Notes under the pieces: model-generated
Told to the model about the DNA's origin: nothing
Seen by the model: the letters and a program-made list of their open reading frames with translations, nothing else
Databases searched by the model: none
DNA from: Candidatus Poribacteria bacterium
GTDB lineage: Bacteria > Poribacteria > WGA-4E > WGA-3G
Assembly (NCBI GenBank): GCA_965197475.1
Contig: CBDANF010000003.1
Span: 32,001 to 96,000 of the forward strand
Direction: 5' to 3'
Length of the DNA stretch: 64,000 nucleotides
Shown here: piece after piece, positions 62,731 through 64,000 of the stretch
Numbering within the stretch: the stretch's first letter is position 1
Layout: the number at the start of each line of letters is the position of its first letter
Made by a program: the position numbers and the translations under genes

Positions 62731-64000
62731 ATGACTGATACGAAACAGAACGCAACATCAGAAAAAGCTAATCGGTTCAACGGGCTGAGTATGAAAATCA
62801 GAGCCATTTTTTTTATACTTGTAGTGTGTTATTGCTTTACGATAAACAAAACACATGCACACAAAACACCGCAACTTGTGAAAAATGCATTTGCCGCGAC
62901 TGTTTACTTGGAGTTGCGTGATGCACAGGGGCATCCAGTTTCTTACGGGAACGGTTTCTTTGTTTCTCCGACACTTGTCGTAACGACATTCCAGGTTGTG
63001 ACAGGGGCATCTCAAGGCACAGCGCGATTAGTTGGTAACCCAAAAACTTATCCGATAGAAGGCGTTATTCTAACAGATGAGAAAGATAATCTCGCACTTT
63101 TGCAAGTCAAGATTCCGAATATTAGACCGCTTGATCTCGGTGGTGTCAATGACACGTTTTTGCATGATGTAGATAGTAACAACCACCAGGTTTATGTGGT
63201 TGGCAACTATCAGGGCACTGAAAACACTTTCTCTGAGGGAGAAGCAAGAGGTATTAGTATCGGTAAATGGATAAGCGAAGGTGATACGTTTGAGAGAGTG
63301 TGGGAAAGAGATAGGTTTTCCCTCACTACAACGATTTCACCTGGCTGTAATGGCGGCCCTGTGTTGAACATCAGAGGTGCTGTCATCGGTGTGGCATCTA
63401 TGGTGATCAGAGAGGGTAAAACCTATAATTATGCGATACCGATGAAATATATCAAAGCATTTACTGCGGTTTTCTACAATAATCGTGGTCTGGCAAAGCT
63501 TGAAATTGGTCGTAAAAATGCTGCGGATCGGCTTGCGCGCGACCCTGATTCGATAAACATAGTCAACGAGAAGGGCATTTACATTTTTGAGATTGGACTA
63601 CAAGCAGCAGCAACCGATGCGATTGCTGATTTTGATACGGCTATCCGTTTGGACCCAAATGCTGCGGTTTTCTACAATAATCGTGGATTGGCGAAAATGG
63701 AACTCAAATTTTATGGCACGCCGACTCAGAGAGATGCTGCGATTTCAGATTTTGATACGGCTATCCGTCTGGACCCGGATTACGCCCAAGCGTTCTTGAA
63801 TCGCGGGAATGTAAAAGTCTCATCTAACATGATTTCTTCAATAAATGATTATGACGTTGCAATACGCCTCGACCCTAATTATGTAGAGGCATACTTCAAA
63901 CGGGCAGCAGCAAAGCGAAAAAGCAACTTCGGTTTTGATCCGATGCCAGATTATAATACCATCATAAAACGAGACCCCGGTAATGTGTCAGTTTACTACT
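62731..64000 (+). CDS. trypsin-like domain (catalytic triad lost) + TPR repeats; runs off the window
   Basis: Open frame missing from the ORF track. Contains GNGFFVSPTLVVTTFQV, DNLALL and ISPGCNGGPVLN, then FYNNRG..AIADFDTAIRLDP repeats. Confidence 0.85.
   Translation, partial: MTDTKQNATSEKANRFNGLSMKIRAIFFILVVCYCFTINKTHAHKTPQLVKNAFAATVYLELRDAQGHPVSYGNGFFVSPTLVVTTFQVVTGASQGTARLVGNPKTYPIEGVILTDEKDNLALLQVKIPNIRPLDLGGVNDTFLHDVDSNNHQVYVVGNYQGTENTFSEGEARGISIGKWISEGDTFERVWERDRFSLTTTISPGCNGGPVLNIRGAVIGVASMVIREGKTYNYAIPMKYIKAFTAVFYNNRGLAKLEIGRKNAADRLARDPDSINIVNEKGIYIFEIGLQAAATDAIADFDTAIRLDPNAAVFYNNRGLAKMELKFYGTPTQRDAAISDFDTAIRLDPDYAQAFLNRGNVKVSSNMISSINDYDVAIRLDPNYVEAYFKRAAAKRKSNFGFDPMPDYNTIIKRDPGNVSVYY

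Overview
A 64-kb bacterial chromosome segment. Its gene style (many secreted cohesin/dockerin/LRR proteins ending in a FlgD-Ig/T9SS-like C-terminal domain, a phytanoyl-CoA dioxygenase, planctomycete-type DUF1592/DUF1552 genes) suggests Candidatus Poribacteria; this is inference, not a database result. The housekeeping core is a six-tRNA operon, tig-clpP-clpX-lon, an S4-domain protein, pdxA, a 2151-aa C25/PorU-like protease, nrdJ and rnpB. Accessory blocks are a type III R-M locus with an embedded HigBA-like pair, a fused PIN protein, IS3, an IS701 nested in an IS5-type MITE, a tandem duplication, a putative type II R-M pair and GTAG-type REPs. The main discovery is an apparently uncharacterised mobile element (17945-19954). 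It encodes only two tandem DUF1670-like proteins, has 13-bp subterminal inverted repeats and a 2-bp AT direct repeat, and has a promoter-driven structured non-coding right end. An internally deleted 438-bp copy lies at 62119-62556. Both copies sit in the same orientation at the stop codon of paralogous FlgD/T9SS-tail genes and create a replacement TAG. Removing either copy restores a native in-frame stop (TAA or TGA). All family assignments come from motif recognition by eye; no searches were run.
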